A DNA stretch of 64,000 nucleotides from Octopus vulgaris (GCA_951406725.2 OX597824.1:75826001-75890000); one strand, 5' to 3'; counted from the first letter of the stretch, positions 1 to 13,154 are shown. The notes: generated by a model not told the origin, from the letters alone. Translations and numbers: made by a program.

Positions 1-306
1 GCGTTAGTTAAATATCGAAATTTAGAGAGATCAGTTATATGTGGAATGAAGTTATGAGTTGAAAGGTTAAAATTAATAGAGAAGGAAAAGCAGAAGCGAT
101 AGTCACAGTAAAAAGTCGATAAATATTAATCCCAGCGATTCTATTAGAGTACGCAAAAGTAGCGGATATATGATCAATTATTACGATTAAAATACACTAG
201 GCTACCTAAATATATTCACTGAATCTTATTACCTGAAATTAATGTCTATATTCTAGAGTTATTGATACTTATCCAGCACTCAGAGAAGACTTTATACAGT
301 CGGTTA

Positions 307-734
307 TAAGAAGATTCGACGGACAGAATGTGGATATTTGGTCTTCAATTCATCACATCTATTAATAACATTACCCGTATGTTTCAAAACTTCCAACAAT
401 TCCAGCCAGCGGAGATTGCAACAATATCTATTACTAACATAACTCTTAGAGTGTCTAGCGATGTTCCACATTGAATGAAAATCGATATTTTTGTCCTTTA
501 ACTCCCAGATCCTTTTGGAAAATGATGCTTTTTTTGGTTTATCTTCCCTTCTAAATGAATTAAGATTAATGTTGATTTAAAATTACAAGAAGTGGAACCC
601 ACGTAAGTGTAAGTATATACATTAATTTTAACATCACATTTATATACAATGCTTTTGGTCAGGCATTTATTTCCTAGTGGATATTCAAATTTCTTCCTAA
701 AATTACACAATCTAGTTAATATTGTAGGTGACAT
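307..734 (-). pseudogene. Penelope-like retroelement GIY-YIG endonuclease remnant (frameshifted)
   Basis: ORF 498-734 reads LCNFRKKFEYPLGNKCLTKSIVYKCDV...YVGSTSCNFK. A shifted frame continues SKRIWELKDKNIDFHSMWNIARHSKSY...CCNLRWLE...INRCDELKTKYPH, matching the C-terminal GIY-YIG domain pattern of PLEs. Confidence 0.75.
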
Positions 735-855
735 AAATCATACAATTTCACGCTGCACAGCAGTAAAGTTGCTATGTGCGTTAGCCACTCCATCAACATT
801 TCTATTACCATGATTCGTACTGTTATTATTGTAAACATCACTCAGTCTCCTAAGT

Positions 856-945
856 ATTATTATTATTACTGTTACAGTTGCTATTATTGTCGTGGCTATC
901 GCCACAACTATTCTCACCAGTATATTTATTTTTATTGTTGTTATT

Positions 946-978
<33 letters not shown>

Positions 979-984
979 CTTCTT

Positions 985-1013
<29 letters not shown>
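856..1013. repeat. Compound trinucleotide microsatellite (TAT/TGT/TCT)n
   Basis: Direct repeats visible; source of the spurious homopolymer ORFs. Confidence 0.9.
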
Positions 1014-1020
<7 letters not shown>

Positions 1021-1249
1021 ATTAGCATCTTTCAATTCTGTTTCCATTTCTTATCGAGTGTCTTTCTGACACCTAGGGCAGAGAAACGTACTGTATACAT
1101 TGGTAGGCCATTAAAATAAGCACACCAGATTGTTCATTCACAAAGTCATGTTATAGATAAAAAGAGGAAGAAAGACAGAGAGAAAAGGAAAAAATAAAAA
1201 AGTAAACAAAGAAAACAAAGAAAATAAAGTGGGAAAAAGGAAAGAAAAT

Positions 1250-2600
1250 TCACAGCAACAATGCTATTCTCAATACGTGTGACGTACCTGTTAAGACAAT
1301 CTTTTGCACTTCCTGCATGGATGGTAAGCCAGGGATCATTCTTAAATAATTTTCAGTTCCTTTTTTTTATCACTCCAAGTGCTCCTACAATCACTGTAGC
1401 CGTTTTGAGAAGCCACATCTTTTCGATTTCAATTAGCAATTCTTTATATTTTCTGGGCTTATCAAATTCTTTTACCGAGATATAATGGCCACAGGGTATG
1501 CTCATGTCAATCAATAAACAGACTTTGTTGTTTTGGTCTTTCACAACAATATCTGGTTTATTTGCTTTGATGGTCTGTTCTGTACATATTGTTAAATTCC
1601 AAAGAATAGTTACATTTTCTCCTTCAGTTACAGCCTCAGAGTGGTGCTTGTTCCATTTGTCAGCAGTTTTGATTTTATAATGCCGACACATTATCCTATG
1701 TAGATATTGGCCAACTCTGTCATGTCTTGATTTATACTTTACAGGTACTAAAACTTTAGACCCAGAGATTAGGTGGTCCACTGTTTCAATCCCATCGTTG
1801 CAGTATCGGCACTTTGGGTCCACGACATTTTTCATCACATTGGCTTGATAGTTCCGTGCCAATAAGCTCTGATCTTAGGCAGCCAAGAAAAAGCCTTCAC
1901 TCTCTGCCTTTAGCCCTGAGCTCCGTAGCCACTAATGGCCGTGCTTCTAGTCTACATCAGTTTGTTTGCTACGGGTCACATATTTTGCTATGCAGAGGTT
2001 TTTGTTCCTACCTTATTGGCCAATTGCTCAAACGCATTTTGCTGTGCTATTGATTTCACCTTCTTTGCAACTACAGTTGCTACACTTCGATCACGCTGTT
2101 CAACTTGGGTATTATGCATAAACTCACTTGAAAATTTTCGTTCTCCTTCAGAACAGAATGAAGCTTCTTACGTACTTCATGGTTTTCAACGAGCTTTAGC
2201 ATCCAGTCGTTTCAAGATATTTTGCCAGTCCATTTGTAGTGGTTTTGCAGGAGATTTCAAATCGTATCAAGCCCTGACATCCTTGAGCTCTGGGTAGGTA
2301 AAAACGATCTGCGTCGACCTTTGAGTGGTGCATCTTATTACAAAGTCAGCAGCTTACGGATTTTCCCGTCACTCTTCCTTATTTCGCTCATATTCCAGTT
2401 CAACACATTGAAACTGTAAATAACAACCGGAACTGCTAAGGATTCATTGCTAACGCCTTGTTACGTTTATGTAACTCGGATTTTAGGAATACTCGAACTC
2501 TCTGGTAACATTCCTTCCTGATCTCTTTCATACTTGCATGCTGAATGCCAGAGCCCTCATTTATTCTGAGGTATTCATAGATTTGTTCCTGCTTGACTTC
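1250..2600 (-). mobile_element. R4/Dong-like non-LTR retrotransposon 3' part (RT C-terminus, zinc knuckle, restriction-like endonuclease), degenerate
   Basis: ORF 1353-1862: KCRYCNDGIETVDHLISG (CCHC-like knuckle), RHDRV, KPDIVV...LLIDMSIP (PD..D), KYKEL, IVGALG. Upstream YEYLRINEGSGIQH resembles the RT C-terminal YKYLG region. Stops and frameshifts present. Confidence 0.85.
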
Positions 2601-2639
2601 TATTACTGCTTTAACATCCATTATTATTATTATTATTAT

Positions 2640-2800
2640 TCTATGTTTGAGTTTTGCTTTATATTTGTACAAGTTGGCTCCAAGTCTCACCCAGAGACCT
2701 CAAGAGACAACAGGTTGGAAGTTCATGTTGTTGTTATGCCTAGTGTGCCATATATTTGGGGGGTTAGTTTTTGGTGTTGTACTAATGAATGTGTAAAAAA
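2640..2800 (-). mobile_element. R4/Dong-like LINE 3' UTR fragment next to (TAA)n
   Basis: ccaagtctcac...gagacaaca matches 5860-5900, which lies downstream of an RLE C-terminal coding remnant. Confidence 0.55.
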
Positions 2801-2831
2801 AAAATTTTTTTTTTTTTCCTTAAAAATCGAT

Positions 2832-2832
2832 A

Positions 2833-2900
<68 letters not shown>

Positions 2901-2901
2901 T

Positions 2902-2990
<89 letters not shown>

Positions 2991-3004
2991 CATTATTATT
3001 ATTA
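2832..3004. repeat. (TAT)n(CAT)n(TAT)n microsatellite
   Basis: Direct repeats. Confidence 0.95.
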
Positions 3005-3309
3005 CTAGCACTATGACCCGGCAAGTACTGTCTAAATCTCCGCCCAATCACATACAGCTAGCTGGCATTCAATTGGCGTATCAAGTTCCGGGCATTTTGA
3101 TTGGGTTTTGGATAGAAAATTCACAGAAAAGTCACTTCTATTGATTTTTTTAATGGCTTTGTGGGGTGACTGGGGAAATGTAAAGATGTGCACGACCACC
3201 CTTGGACGGTTTTGAATGACCATAGAAAGTGCAAGCCCTCTAACTGAAAAATTGTGGATTTGTATAAAGGACACACACGCAGACATTTTGCCATTTATAT
3301 ATAGAGAGA
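3005..3309 (-). mobile_element. Non-autonomous Helitron
   Basis: Minus strand begins A|TCTCTCTATAT and ends GCCGGGTCATAGTGCTAG|T; inserted at an AT dinucleotide with no TSD. Confidence 0.7.
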
Positions 3310-3321
3310 TTATTATTATTA

Positions 3322-3719
3322 CTAGCAGTATCGCCCGGCGTTGCTCGGGTTTGTAAGGGAAATAACTATATAAGCAATTTTAGAGAGTTATAGCCAAAAA
3401 ATAGCAAAAAAATGCATTAAAAATTGAAAAAAAATTAAGGTAAATTTTTTTTTTAAATCGTTGACACATCGTAGATATTTTTAGAGAGTTACTTCCCTTA
3501 TATAAAAGCGAAAAAAATGCATTAAAATGGAAAAAATATGATGGTAAATTTTTTAAAAATCGTAGACTCATCGTAGACGCGCGCTAATACCCAGAAGGGC
3601 TCGATATGAATCACGACTATAAGATACCCGCTTTTGGTTAAACTGCACCGCAAAATGTGGGAGTAATTACGAATCTAAATCGTAGGAGACAGACACACAA
3701 CTTCACTCTTATATAAAGA
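3322..3719 (-). mobile_element. Non-autonomous Helitron
   Basis: 5' A|TCTTTATATAAG; 3' hairpin CCCGAGCAACGCCGGG then CGATACTGCTAG|T. Same 3' end as 13315-13708. Confidence 0.8.
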
Positions 3720-4059
3720 TGCTTTTTTTTTTTCAGTCATAGAGTTAGATTTATGAAGGTCTTCAGTAGAAAATCCTTCGAATTCTGACTCGCTGCTTGA
3801 TATAATGAAATTCGTATCCATTTTTTGTCAGAATTACAAATTTTGAAAACACAATAGGAACAAATTTCGGAAAAAAATCTCCCATAATTCACGGAATTAA
3901 AATTACACTTCGATTTTTGTACAAAACTGTATTTGAAGTGTTTACGAAGTATAATACGTGTTTTCACGAATGTACTAAAGAGATTTACTCTGATATTCTC
4001 ATTTAAATATGAATAGGTAAATTCGGGCGGTTTGGTAACGAAAGGGTTTATATAAGTGT

Positions 4060-4499
4060 CGTCTGTTTATACATAAACACTGTTTCATACTTTCAGTTTA
4101 GTCTTCCTCAGATCACTCTGTCGCTATTTACTCTCTTCCAAGAACATTTTCACTCACTCTTATCTGTTAGCTTGCCATACATTTTACTCATGTATCTATC
4201 AGCGTGATAGACAGAAACAAATATTACATCTAGTTTCACTATATTCGTTGCACACTGTGTGTGTGCGTTTGCGTGTGCTGTAAACCAGACTAAGAAAAGC
4301 ATTTGACATACGCACCAGAATGTGAGTTTTCTGTAAATTTTGCTTAATTGGAGTTTAAATTTTAAAAACTGGACCTGGCAAAACCCGATGCATTCTACTC
4401 TTAAAAATGCTAGGTAAATTGTAATTGAAGAAATCCTATATTGTAGATTTCTATAACTGACAAAGGGAGGCAGATAAAATCTGCCTTTTATAATAAGAG

Positions 4500-4500
<1 letters not shown>
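4060..4500 (-). mobile_element. Probable Helitron 5' portion (3' end not found)
   Basis: Minus strand starts A|TCTCTTATTATAAAAGGCAGATTTTATCTGCC, like the other Helitron 5' ends here. Left boundary uncertain. Confidence 0.4.
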
Positions 4501-4591
<91 letters not shown>

Positions 4592-4604
4592 TATTATTAT
4601 TATA

Positions 4605-4639
<35 letters not shown>

Positions 4640-4642
<3 letters not shown>

Positions 4643-4975
4643 TAGTGTGCACGAATGTTTTACTTTCAGAATCAATGTCCTTGATACTGAGTAACAACCA
4701 GTTTCCTCAGGAACCGATGGCCTTTTATTTTTACAATTCTTGCTGCTCCCAATAGAGCAAATTTCTGAATTGATGCAACTCATGTAGTTACACCAATCTT
4801 AATGCTGACGTTGTCAAGTCTGTCGGTGGTTGTACCAAGGTCATCTATAACAAATGGGATTATTTTTTTGTAGAAACTTTCCACAGTAGTCATATTTCCC
4901 TGGCCAAATCCTGGTATTTTCCCCCATTTTCCCTTCTTTGATTGCTACATTCATGTCTGCAGATATAGCCACATT
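4640..4975 (-). mobile_element. R4/Dong-like RLE C-terminal fragment between (TAA)n tracts
   Basis: Reads VAISADMNVAIKE, then after a frameshift KYQDLAREI*LLWKVST and IQKFALLGAARIVK. Confidence 0.65.
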
Positions 4976-5009
4976 ATCATTGTTGTTATTATTATTATTA
5001 TTATTATTA

Positions 5010-5040
<31 letters not shown>

Positions 5041-5267
5041 AATTATTATTATTATTATTATTATTATTCAAAATGGTTAGCGGCATTTTGTCCAACCTTA
5101 CTTTCTGATTTCAAATTCCATTTAGGTTGACTTTATCTTTCATCCTTTTGGGGTTGATAAATTAAGTATCAGTGAAATTGTGGTCGATGTAACTGACTAA
5201 GCCCTCCCTCAAAATTTTAGGCCTTGTACCTACAGAAGAAAGAGTTACTATTATTATTATTATTATT

Positions 5268-5805
5268 GAGTGAGAGAGCAGTTCATGCCATCAAAGTGAC
5301 ACTGGGGTAAAATATACGAAGCCCAATATACCCATCATGACTACCCGTCTGATAAGGGTACACCAGGCACATGCATCACAACCATATGTGCGCGACATGG
5401 TGATCTCATATCAAGATAAACAGCACATGACCTTGCAGGTGGGGCCCAGTTAGAATTTTCTTCAGGTTGAGTAGCCCATCCTGCTCAAAAGGTCCCTGAA
5501 TAAGGGTTGTTTAAGGATGTGGAAAGAACCACCCATGTTTCCAGAGGTGAATTATTCTAACCCCAAAGAATCCCTCTCAACACATGGCTATGATGCTCCC
5601 CCACTACTTCTGCTCGTGATCAGAGATGCACATATCGTCAGCCACTAAGGGACATGCTCAACTGGTTAAAGTCAAACAACTGACAAGCAAATCTGTGGTA
5701 TTGAGCAGAATATTTGCTGTAGCCCATCTTTTATACCAAGACAAAACAATGTACATGATAACACTTCCAATCAGTTAAGATCAGAAGCCATGAGAGCCAC
5801 TGCCT
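5268..5805 (-). mobile_element. ~550-bp (TAA)n-associated non-coding retroposon, 5'-truncated copy
   Basis: Near-identical to 26713-27267, 27323-27876 and 27932-28458; flanked by (TAT)n on both sides. Confidence 0.8.
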
Positions 5806-5842
5806 CATTATTATTATTATTATTATTATCATCATTATTATT

Positions 5843-6220
5843 ACATGGTACATGTTGACTCCAAGTCTCACTGAGAGACTTCAAGAGACAACAAGTTAGA
5901 AGTTGAAGTTGGTGCTATAACTATGGTGCCATAGTTTTGATTTTGTGCAAAGTATTGTTCTTGAGAATGTCTGTGAAAACATAAGAAAATTAGAAGCTTG
6001 TTCTGAAAGTAATTTGATTATCAGATGATTGTGTGATGTTAAGATGACAGTAAAAGGTGTTTGCTATTATGTACATTTAAAAATATTCTGATATTGTTTA
6101 CAGATTAAAATGTTTTGGGGATTACATAGACAATATTTTTTCTTAGGACATGAGCAGTTCCCATGAGAACTATCTTTTTAAGTTTCTTCCATTTTTGGAT
6201 TTCCTGGTATCTGGGATAGG
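5843..6220 (-). mobile_element. R4/Dong-like LINE 3' end (ORF end plus 3' UTR) ending in (TAA)n
   Basis: Minus strand QIPGNPKME...KIVLMGTAHVLRK is a typical RLE LINE terminus, followed by UTR and a TAA tract. Confidence 0.7.
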
Positions 6221-6388
6221 TAGCAATCAGCCCCGTGCCTCCCCCTATTGGGAGTTTTAATTGTTAACTTATATTTCGTTGTTATCCTTTTTTCAAACAG
6301 ACAAAACTCTTTGTAACTTTCGTCCTGTGTTTTGTCCCTTTATGTTTTAATTGATTTTTGTTAGCCCTTGTGGCCAATAAACGAATTA

Positions 6389-6438
<50 letters not shown>

Positions 6439-6443
<5 letters not shown>

Positions 6444-6699
6444 TGTTGTGTCTGGGGAGAGTCATTCTCTTTTAGTGCCTTATTATTTAACACACTCACA
6501 GGTAAAATTTCCACTTATTTCTTATTTTTATATTTTAAAATTTTCGTTGCGTGTTGCAACCTTTTCAATAGTCAAAGGTTGCAATACGCAACAAAAATTT
6601 TAAAATATAAAAATAAGAAATAAGTGGAAATTTTACCTGTGAGTGTGTTAAATAATAAGGCACTAAAAGAGAATGACTCTCCCCAGACACAACAGAATA
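6439..6699. repeat. Near-perfect inverted repeat, ~126-bp arms, 9-nt loop
   Basis: 6439-6564 is the reverse complement of 6574-6699 with few mismatches. Confidence 0.95.
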
Positions 6700-6754
6700 T
6701 GCTTCAACACACGAACTCATATAAAGAATCTTGCAAACCAAATCCAAAAACGAA

Positions 6755-6786
<32 letters not shown>

Positions 6787-6787
6787 G

Positions 6788-6828
<41 letters not shown>

Positions 6829-7014
6829 CGTAGTCATTATCATTGTCATCATCATCATCATCATCATCATACAAGTTTTAAACTCTACAATAATTTAATG
6901 ATTTTTCCCCCTTATATTATTGCTGTAGTTAATATCAGTGTTAATGTAATCACCCACATTGTTCACATAATTATTGCAATTATCATCATTATTATTATTA
7001 TTCTGGAACGCTAT

Positions 7015-7378
7015 GTTTGGCCGTTGCCAGCGCCGCCTCGACTGGCTTCCGTGTCGGTGGCACGTAAAAACACTATCCGAATCGTGGCCGAAGCCAGTGC
7101 CGCCTCGACTGGCTTCTGTGCAGGTGGCACGTAAAATGCACCAATCCAACCGTGGCCGATGCCAGCCTCGCCTGGCACCAGTGCAGGTGGCACATAAAAA
7201 GCACCCACTACACTCACGGAGTGGTTGGCGTTAGGAAGGGCATCCAGCTGTAGAAACTTTGCCAGATAAGACCGGAGCCTGGTGCAGCCTTCTGGCTTCC
7301 CAGATCCCCGGTCGAACCGTCCAACCCATGCTAGCATGGAGAACGGACGTTAAACAATGATGATGATGATGATGATGA
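7015..7378 (+). mobile_element. RTE-type LINE/SINE 3' tail with internal ~60-bp tandem units and (GAT)n tail
   Basis: Repeated tggccg..gccag..ggtggcacgtaaaa units, then ggagtggttggcgttaggaagggcatccagc...aacccatgctagcatgga...(gat)n. Homologous to 19440-19795. Confidence 0.75.
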
Positions 7379-7891
7379 TTCTCATTTTTATTACCATTAT
7401 CATTTTGCTATTCCCCCAAACTGATATTCACCCCTGACTATACCCCTTTTTGTTTGCTATTCATTGCATCAACACTATATCTATATTCCCTATCTCTACC
7501 CATCTTTCACTCACTTACACACTCTTGCAAACTTAACTGACCCTCTCTCTCTACCTCTTCACCTATTCCTCTATCCCCCTTGTACATTGAGGGTACAACC
7601 TGGTGTTTCCTCACCACCATCTTCCTCTCTCCTTTCTCACCTGTGGTAGCCATGCATCTCCTCTACAGCAAGACACTTTGTTCCTATCCCTCTATCATAC
7701 TTTACCTATCAACACCAAGCATAACCTACCTCTTGCAAAACTACACAACCCTCAATCACGAGGTCTTGTCAAGCAAGCTCCTTCGTGACCTCACTAGTGT
7801 TGGTGACATGAAAAGGCACCCAGTGCATTCTGTAGAATTCGTTGGCACTAGGAAGGGCAACTAGCCATAGAAACCATTCCAAAGCATTTGA

Positions 7892-8262
7892 AGGCGGCAA
7901 GTTGGCAGAAACGTTAGCACGCCAGGCAAAATACTTAGTGGTATTTCGTCTGCTGTTACGTTCTGAGTTCAAATTCCACCGAGGTCGACTTTGCCTTTCA
8001 TCCTTTCAGGGTCGATTAAATAAGTACCAGTTATGCACTGGGGTCAATATAATCAATTTAATCGTTTGTCTGTCCTTGTTTGTCCTCTCTGTGTTTAGCC
8101 CCTTGTGGGTAGTAAAGAAATAGGTATTTCATCTGTCGTTACATTCTGAGTTCAAATTCCACCGAGGTCGACTTTGCTTTTCATCCTTTCGGGGTCGATA
8201 AATTAAGTACCAGTTACGCACTGGGGTCGATGTAATCGACTTAATCCCTTTGTCTGTCCTTG
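7892..8262 (+). mobile_element. tRNA-derived SINE family A with internal tandem duplication
   Basis: A-box-like TGGCAGAAACGTTAG, B-box GTTCAAATTCC, central gcctttcatcctttcggggtcgat; multiple copies in the window. Confidence 0.85.
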
Positions 8263-8702
8263 TGGTGGTGGACTGAGAATCTTAGGCTAACAGAGAAGGT
8301 AAACTTCCCATGCAGCATAAAGTATTAAGAGCACTGTTGAAATATATTCCATTCTATGCACAAATGGTTCTCTAATAGTAGTTGATAGCTTGTAATATCA
8401 AGAAAACCTAATAAGTAGTAGAAGTGTGTGTGTGTTCTGAGAGCATAGTAACCAGTGTACGGATTAGTTGGAGAAAAGTTCAAGGAGGTATAACTTCTGC
8501 TGACAATAGAGGGCTTCTTTCTATGGGTTGAAAGGAATATTTTATGATGCTCGTGTGCAAAATGCATGGTAATGAGCTGAGATCACTTGAGTGCAGAGGA
8601 TCTGCAAATCCTAGAAGGAAGCAAAGTGAACATGCTTGACTAGATATGTGAAAGTTAGTGAACATGAATGACAGAGCTTAAATGAGTTGAGAGAATAAAG
8701 TA

Positions 8703-9224
8703 CTGTAAATCCTCGAGTATAATCCGCACTTTTTTCCAAAATTTTGAAGGTCAAAATCCCTAGTGTGTACTATATACGAGATTAAAAATGAAAAATATTT
8801 TCTAAGCAATGTCCGAGTCTCTATTTGCTGTCCGGCAATTTTTATTCAGACGCATTTTGTGATGTCGGGCACGAAAATACATTAAGCTAAGCCTAAAAGC
8901 AATGAAGTCATAAAAGAATCGTCCATAACTTGCAGTAAGCAACATTTATTAAAATATAAGTATTCAGAACACAGAATAACATGTAACAAAAACAATTTGC
9001 AAACATATTTACATTCCCATATAACAGTTAAGAACATCACCATTATTGTATTACGCATGTGTGGAAGTGTTTGTTCGACTAGGAGCTGCTGGTTTAATTA
9101 CGCACGACTCAAGTTAGAGAAGGGGTGTGTATTATACACAAGGTTTAGGTTTTTCAGAGGTACAGCCCCCTAAAAATCCCCTGTGTATTATACTCAAGGG
9201 TGGACTAAACTCAAAGATTTATGG
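8703..9224. mobile_element. Tc1/mariner superfamily (pogo-like) MITE
   Basis: TA|CTGTAAATCCTCGAGTATAATCCGCAC ... GTGGACTAAACTCAAAGATTTATGG|TA: imperfect TIRs and TA TSD. Confidence 0.75.
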
Positions 9225-9689
9225 TAGATAAAGGAAGAAGTGGGGATAGTGTGCAAAGTAAACGAAACCTAGAAGAGACAGACAGAGGGATGCTTAGAAC
9301 AGTGGTGAGGACATGGAGAAGATGCTGCAGCATCTGTTATGACCCTCTCCCCATCCTTCCTTTGTGACATTCACTACTTCAAGGGTCATCTACTTTCAAT
9401 TTATCATGCTACTACCCTCATCACTCAACCTCTTTGGCCTTTCTAATCACCTATGTGTAGATGACTACTTCAGACCACTTGTGACCAGTTCACTCTAGCT
9501 TCACTCATCTCTCCTGTGCTGCCCAGCTTCACTCAGTGACACTATGAGTGCCAGCATATTTTCATTCCTTTTCTCCCACACATCCCGGGCTTTTGTCATC
9601 CCTCCATCCCTGGGATCACATGAACTTAAATTTTGCGATCTTCCTACCATCTCAGGCTCAGACATGCAGCCTTGAATATACATGCATAT

Positions 9690-10057
9690 CTCAGAATACC
9701 GAGAACCCTTATCCGGGTAAAGACCCCCGCTGGTAATGAATGAACATTGGATTGCACCTAGAAGGTTCCCCTCCAAGGCACAAGTCTGAGCAAAGTTGTT
9801 TATAGAAGACCAGCAGTCACCCATGCATACCAGCCTGCACTTTCCATGCCACCAATGTTATCCAAGGGAAAGGCAAAAGGCTGATACAACTTGGTACTAG
9901 TGACATCGCAACTCATTTCTACAGCTGAGTGAACTGGAACAACATGAAATAAAGTGTCTTGCTCAAGAACACAACACGCGGGCTGATCTGGGAATTGAAC
10001 TCACTACCACATGATTGTGAGCTTGATGATCTAACCACTAAGCCATGCACCTTCGCC
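9690..10057 (-). mobile_element. tRNA-derived CORE-like SINE (family C)
   Basis: Minus strand: tggcttagtggttag (A box), gagttcaattccc (B box), gttcttgagcaagacacttt (CORE-like). Related copy at 48118-48275 (+). Confidence 0.7.
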
Positions 10058-10469
10058 AAGAACCCTTATCACATATATATCTTCATTATCATTCAAGTAT
10101 CTCTAACTCATGCTTATCACTCTGTAAAGTGGTTGACAAGCAAGCAGAGACATGAGTTATGAAATCTCTTAAGTCATGATGAAGACATGGATATATCTCT
10201 GATAAAAACCACTTTAGTACTGTCAGGGCCATGCATGACACCTCACTAGGTTGGTGCCATTAAAAAAAGCACCCAGTATACTTCGTGAAGTGGTTGGTGT
10301 TGAGAAGAATCCAGCCATAGAAAGCAAGCTGAAGACTTGTTTAGCCCATGTTAGCATGTGCATGGACAATGGGCATAAAATGATGTTGACAAAGATGATG
10401 AAATGACATACATACATACATATATACATGCATGCATGATGCATGCATACATACAAGCTAGCATATAGA

Positions 10470-10697
10470 TGCAAACTAGCAGAATCGTTAGCATGCCAGG
10501 TGAAATGCTTTGTGCTATTTCGTCTGCTGTTACATTCTAAGTTCAAATTCTGCTGAAGTTGACTTTGCCCTTCATCCTTTTGGAGTCAATTAAATAAGTA
10601 CCAGTTATGCCATGGGGTTCCATGTAATCGACTTAATCCCTTTGTCTGTCCTTGTTTCTTCCCTCTATGTTTAGCCCCCTGTGAGCAATAAAGAAAT
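10470..10697 (+). mobile_element. SINE family A copy
   Basis: Homologous to 7892-8120 and 22520-22753. Confidence 0.75.
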
Positions 10698-10823
10698 ATA
10701 TATTCAGTGTTCTATGTAATTCTGTCAAGCCAATTAATGGTATGCTTCACGTTGATGTGCCTTGGTCCTTTATAGAACCATTGTCATTGAAGCTTTATAT
10801 ATAATCATACATACATATATACA

Positions 10824-10859
<36 letters not shown>

Positions 10860-11157
10860 TATAGTGTCATTGAGACCCAAAGGTGTCAGGTAATGCTGAA
10901 TAAGTGCTATAGACAGATCATAGTTAAGTTCCAGATTCGGTAATATTGTGAATAAAGGGTTCAACGTTGGTTCTATGTCAGCGTGTGTATATAAGAATTT
11001 TTTGCATAATGAGACAAAAAGCCAAGGCTGTATAGATATTAGAGCATTTATAGAAAGAAGGTTGCTAACAGATATTAGAGCATACATTGTATGTCCACAC
11101 AAGTGGTTCTATTGAGTTAGATATTGCAAGTAGTACTCGAAAGTTTGCTGGCCCTGC

Positions 11158-11541
11158 TCTCTTTTACTTGTTTCAGTCATTTGACTGCGGCCATGCTGGA
11201 GCACCGCCTTTAGTCGAGCCAATCGACCCCGGGACTTATTCTTTGTAAGCCCAGTACTTATTCTATCGGTCTCTTTTTGCCGAACCGCTAAGTGACGGGG
11301 ACGTAAACACACCAGCATCGGTTGTCAAGCAATGCTAGGGGGACAAACACAGACACACAAACACACATACACACATATATATATATATACGACAGGCTTC
11401 TTTCAGTTTCCGTCTACCAAATCCACTCACAAGGCATTGGTCGGCCCGAGGCTATAGCAGAAGACACTTGCCCAAGATGCCACGCAGTGGGACTGAACCC
11501 GCAACCATGTGGTTGGTTAGCAAGCTACTTACCACACAGCC
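11158..11541 (-). mobile_element. tRNA-derived CORE-like SINE family B
   Basis: Minus strand: ggctgtgtggtaagtagc...gggttcagtccc...ttgggcaagtgtcttct...(TA/TG)n...tgactgaaacaagtaaaagag. Many copies in the window. Confidence 0.85.
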
Positions 11542-12232
11542 ATTCTATACAGCCTTGGTTTTTTATCTCATTACGCAAAAAAATTCTTATATACATAAAT
11601 ATATACAAGTATGTGTGTATGTATGTATGTATGTATGTGTCAATCTGCACTGCTTCCAGAGCCAACCTCATAGCCTTCTATCCGTTACCCATGTGATGGC
11701 AAAATTATTGTAAGTTCTGCTTAAAATATGCTTGGTATCCCAGGGACTGGCCTACGAACCCTCTGCATCTCACCTCACCTTGATGGAATCACACCTTGTT
11801 TGCTGCCTTTTCTTTGGCATAGTTTCTACAGCCCAGCATACTTTCTTTCCTCTTCCTCTCACCTGCTTACTTAAAGCAGTACGAATATATATCATTGCTA
11901 TTATGCAAAAGAGTCATAAGTCCAAAACATTGCTTTTTCAGAAAATGAAAAAATAGTTTCACCATTCCATAGCAAAACTGTTGTACTACACTTTGACAAT
12001 TTTTTTGATGTCTTGGCATCTGAAGCAGCTGGAGATACGATAATTTGACCAAAAGAACCGGTTATAGAAAACAAAAATACATATTGCAAAAAAACACATT
12101 TGGCCAAAATTTGGACATACAACAGTTTGACATAATAGCAACAATATATACATATGCATTCATACACACACACTCACATTCACACACACATACACACAGA
12201 CACCTACCTACACACACACATATACATATATA

Positions 12233-12810
12233 CTCTTTTACTCTTTTACTTGTTTCAGTCATTTGACTGCAGCCATGCTGGAGCACTGCCTTTAATCGAG
12301 CAACTCGACCCCAGGACTTATTCTTTAGTAAGCCCAGTACTTATTCTATCGGTCTCATTTGCCGAACCGCTAAGTAACGGGGACATAAACACACCAGCAT
12401 CGGTTGTCAAGCAATGCTAGGGGGACAAACACAGACACACAAACACACACACACGCATATATATATATACATATATACAATGGGCTTCTTTCAGTTTCTG
12501 TCTACCAAATCCACTCACAAGGCTTTGGTCGGCCCAAGGCTATAGTAGAAGACACTTGCCCAAGGTGCCATGCAGTGGGACTGAACCCGGAACCATGTGG
12601 TTGGTAAACAAGCTACTTACCACACAGCCACTCCTGCGCCCTATACATATATACATATATACTCTTTTACTCTTTTACTTGTTTCAGTCATTTGACTGTG
12701 GCCATGCTGGAGCACTGCCTTTAGTCAAGCAAATCAACCCCAGGACTTATTCTTTATAAGCCTAGTACTTATTCTATCAGTCTCTTCTGGCAAACCGCTA
12801 AGTTACAGGA
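12233..12810 (-). mobile_element. SINE family B, one full copy plus one partial tandem copy
   Basis: Same sequence as 11158-11541. Confidence 0.85.
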
Positions 12811-12922
12811 GGGAGTGTGAAGCATTCATATATGATGGAAATGTAATCTTCCTCACAAAATTGTAAAGTGCTCAGCAATCTTACTCTCGTGATTTTCAAG
12901 CTAAACTTGAATTCACATTTAA

Positions 12923-13139
12923 TCCTTTAGCATTTAAACCAGTCATATCTGGCGAAAATATTCAACCTGTTCTAAGTTCAAACTGGTCAAATCCTGCCTA
13001 TTACACCTACCCTACAATGTCATTTTAAAAATAGTTAACATCATCAAAATCTCTAAGATACAAAATAATGCAAGGTTAATTCAAAGCAATGTAAATAAAT
13101 AAGCATTACATTTGATAGAATAATCTGAATGCTAAAGGG
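12923..13139. mobile_element. piggyBac-type MITE
   Basis: TTAA|TCCTTTAGCATT...AATGCTAAAGGG|TTAA. Same family as 38345-38564, opposite orientation. Confidence 0.8.
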
Positions 13140-13154
13140 TTAACCATACAAAAA

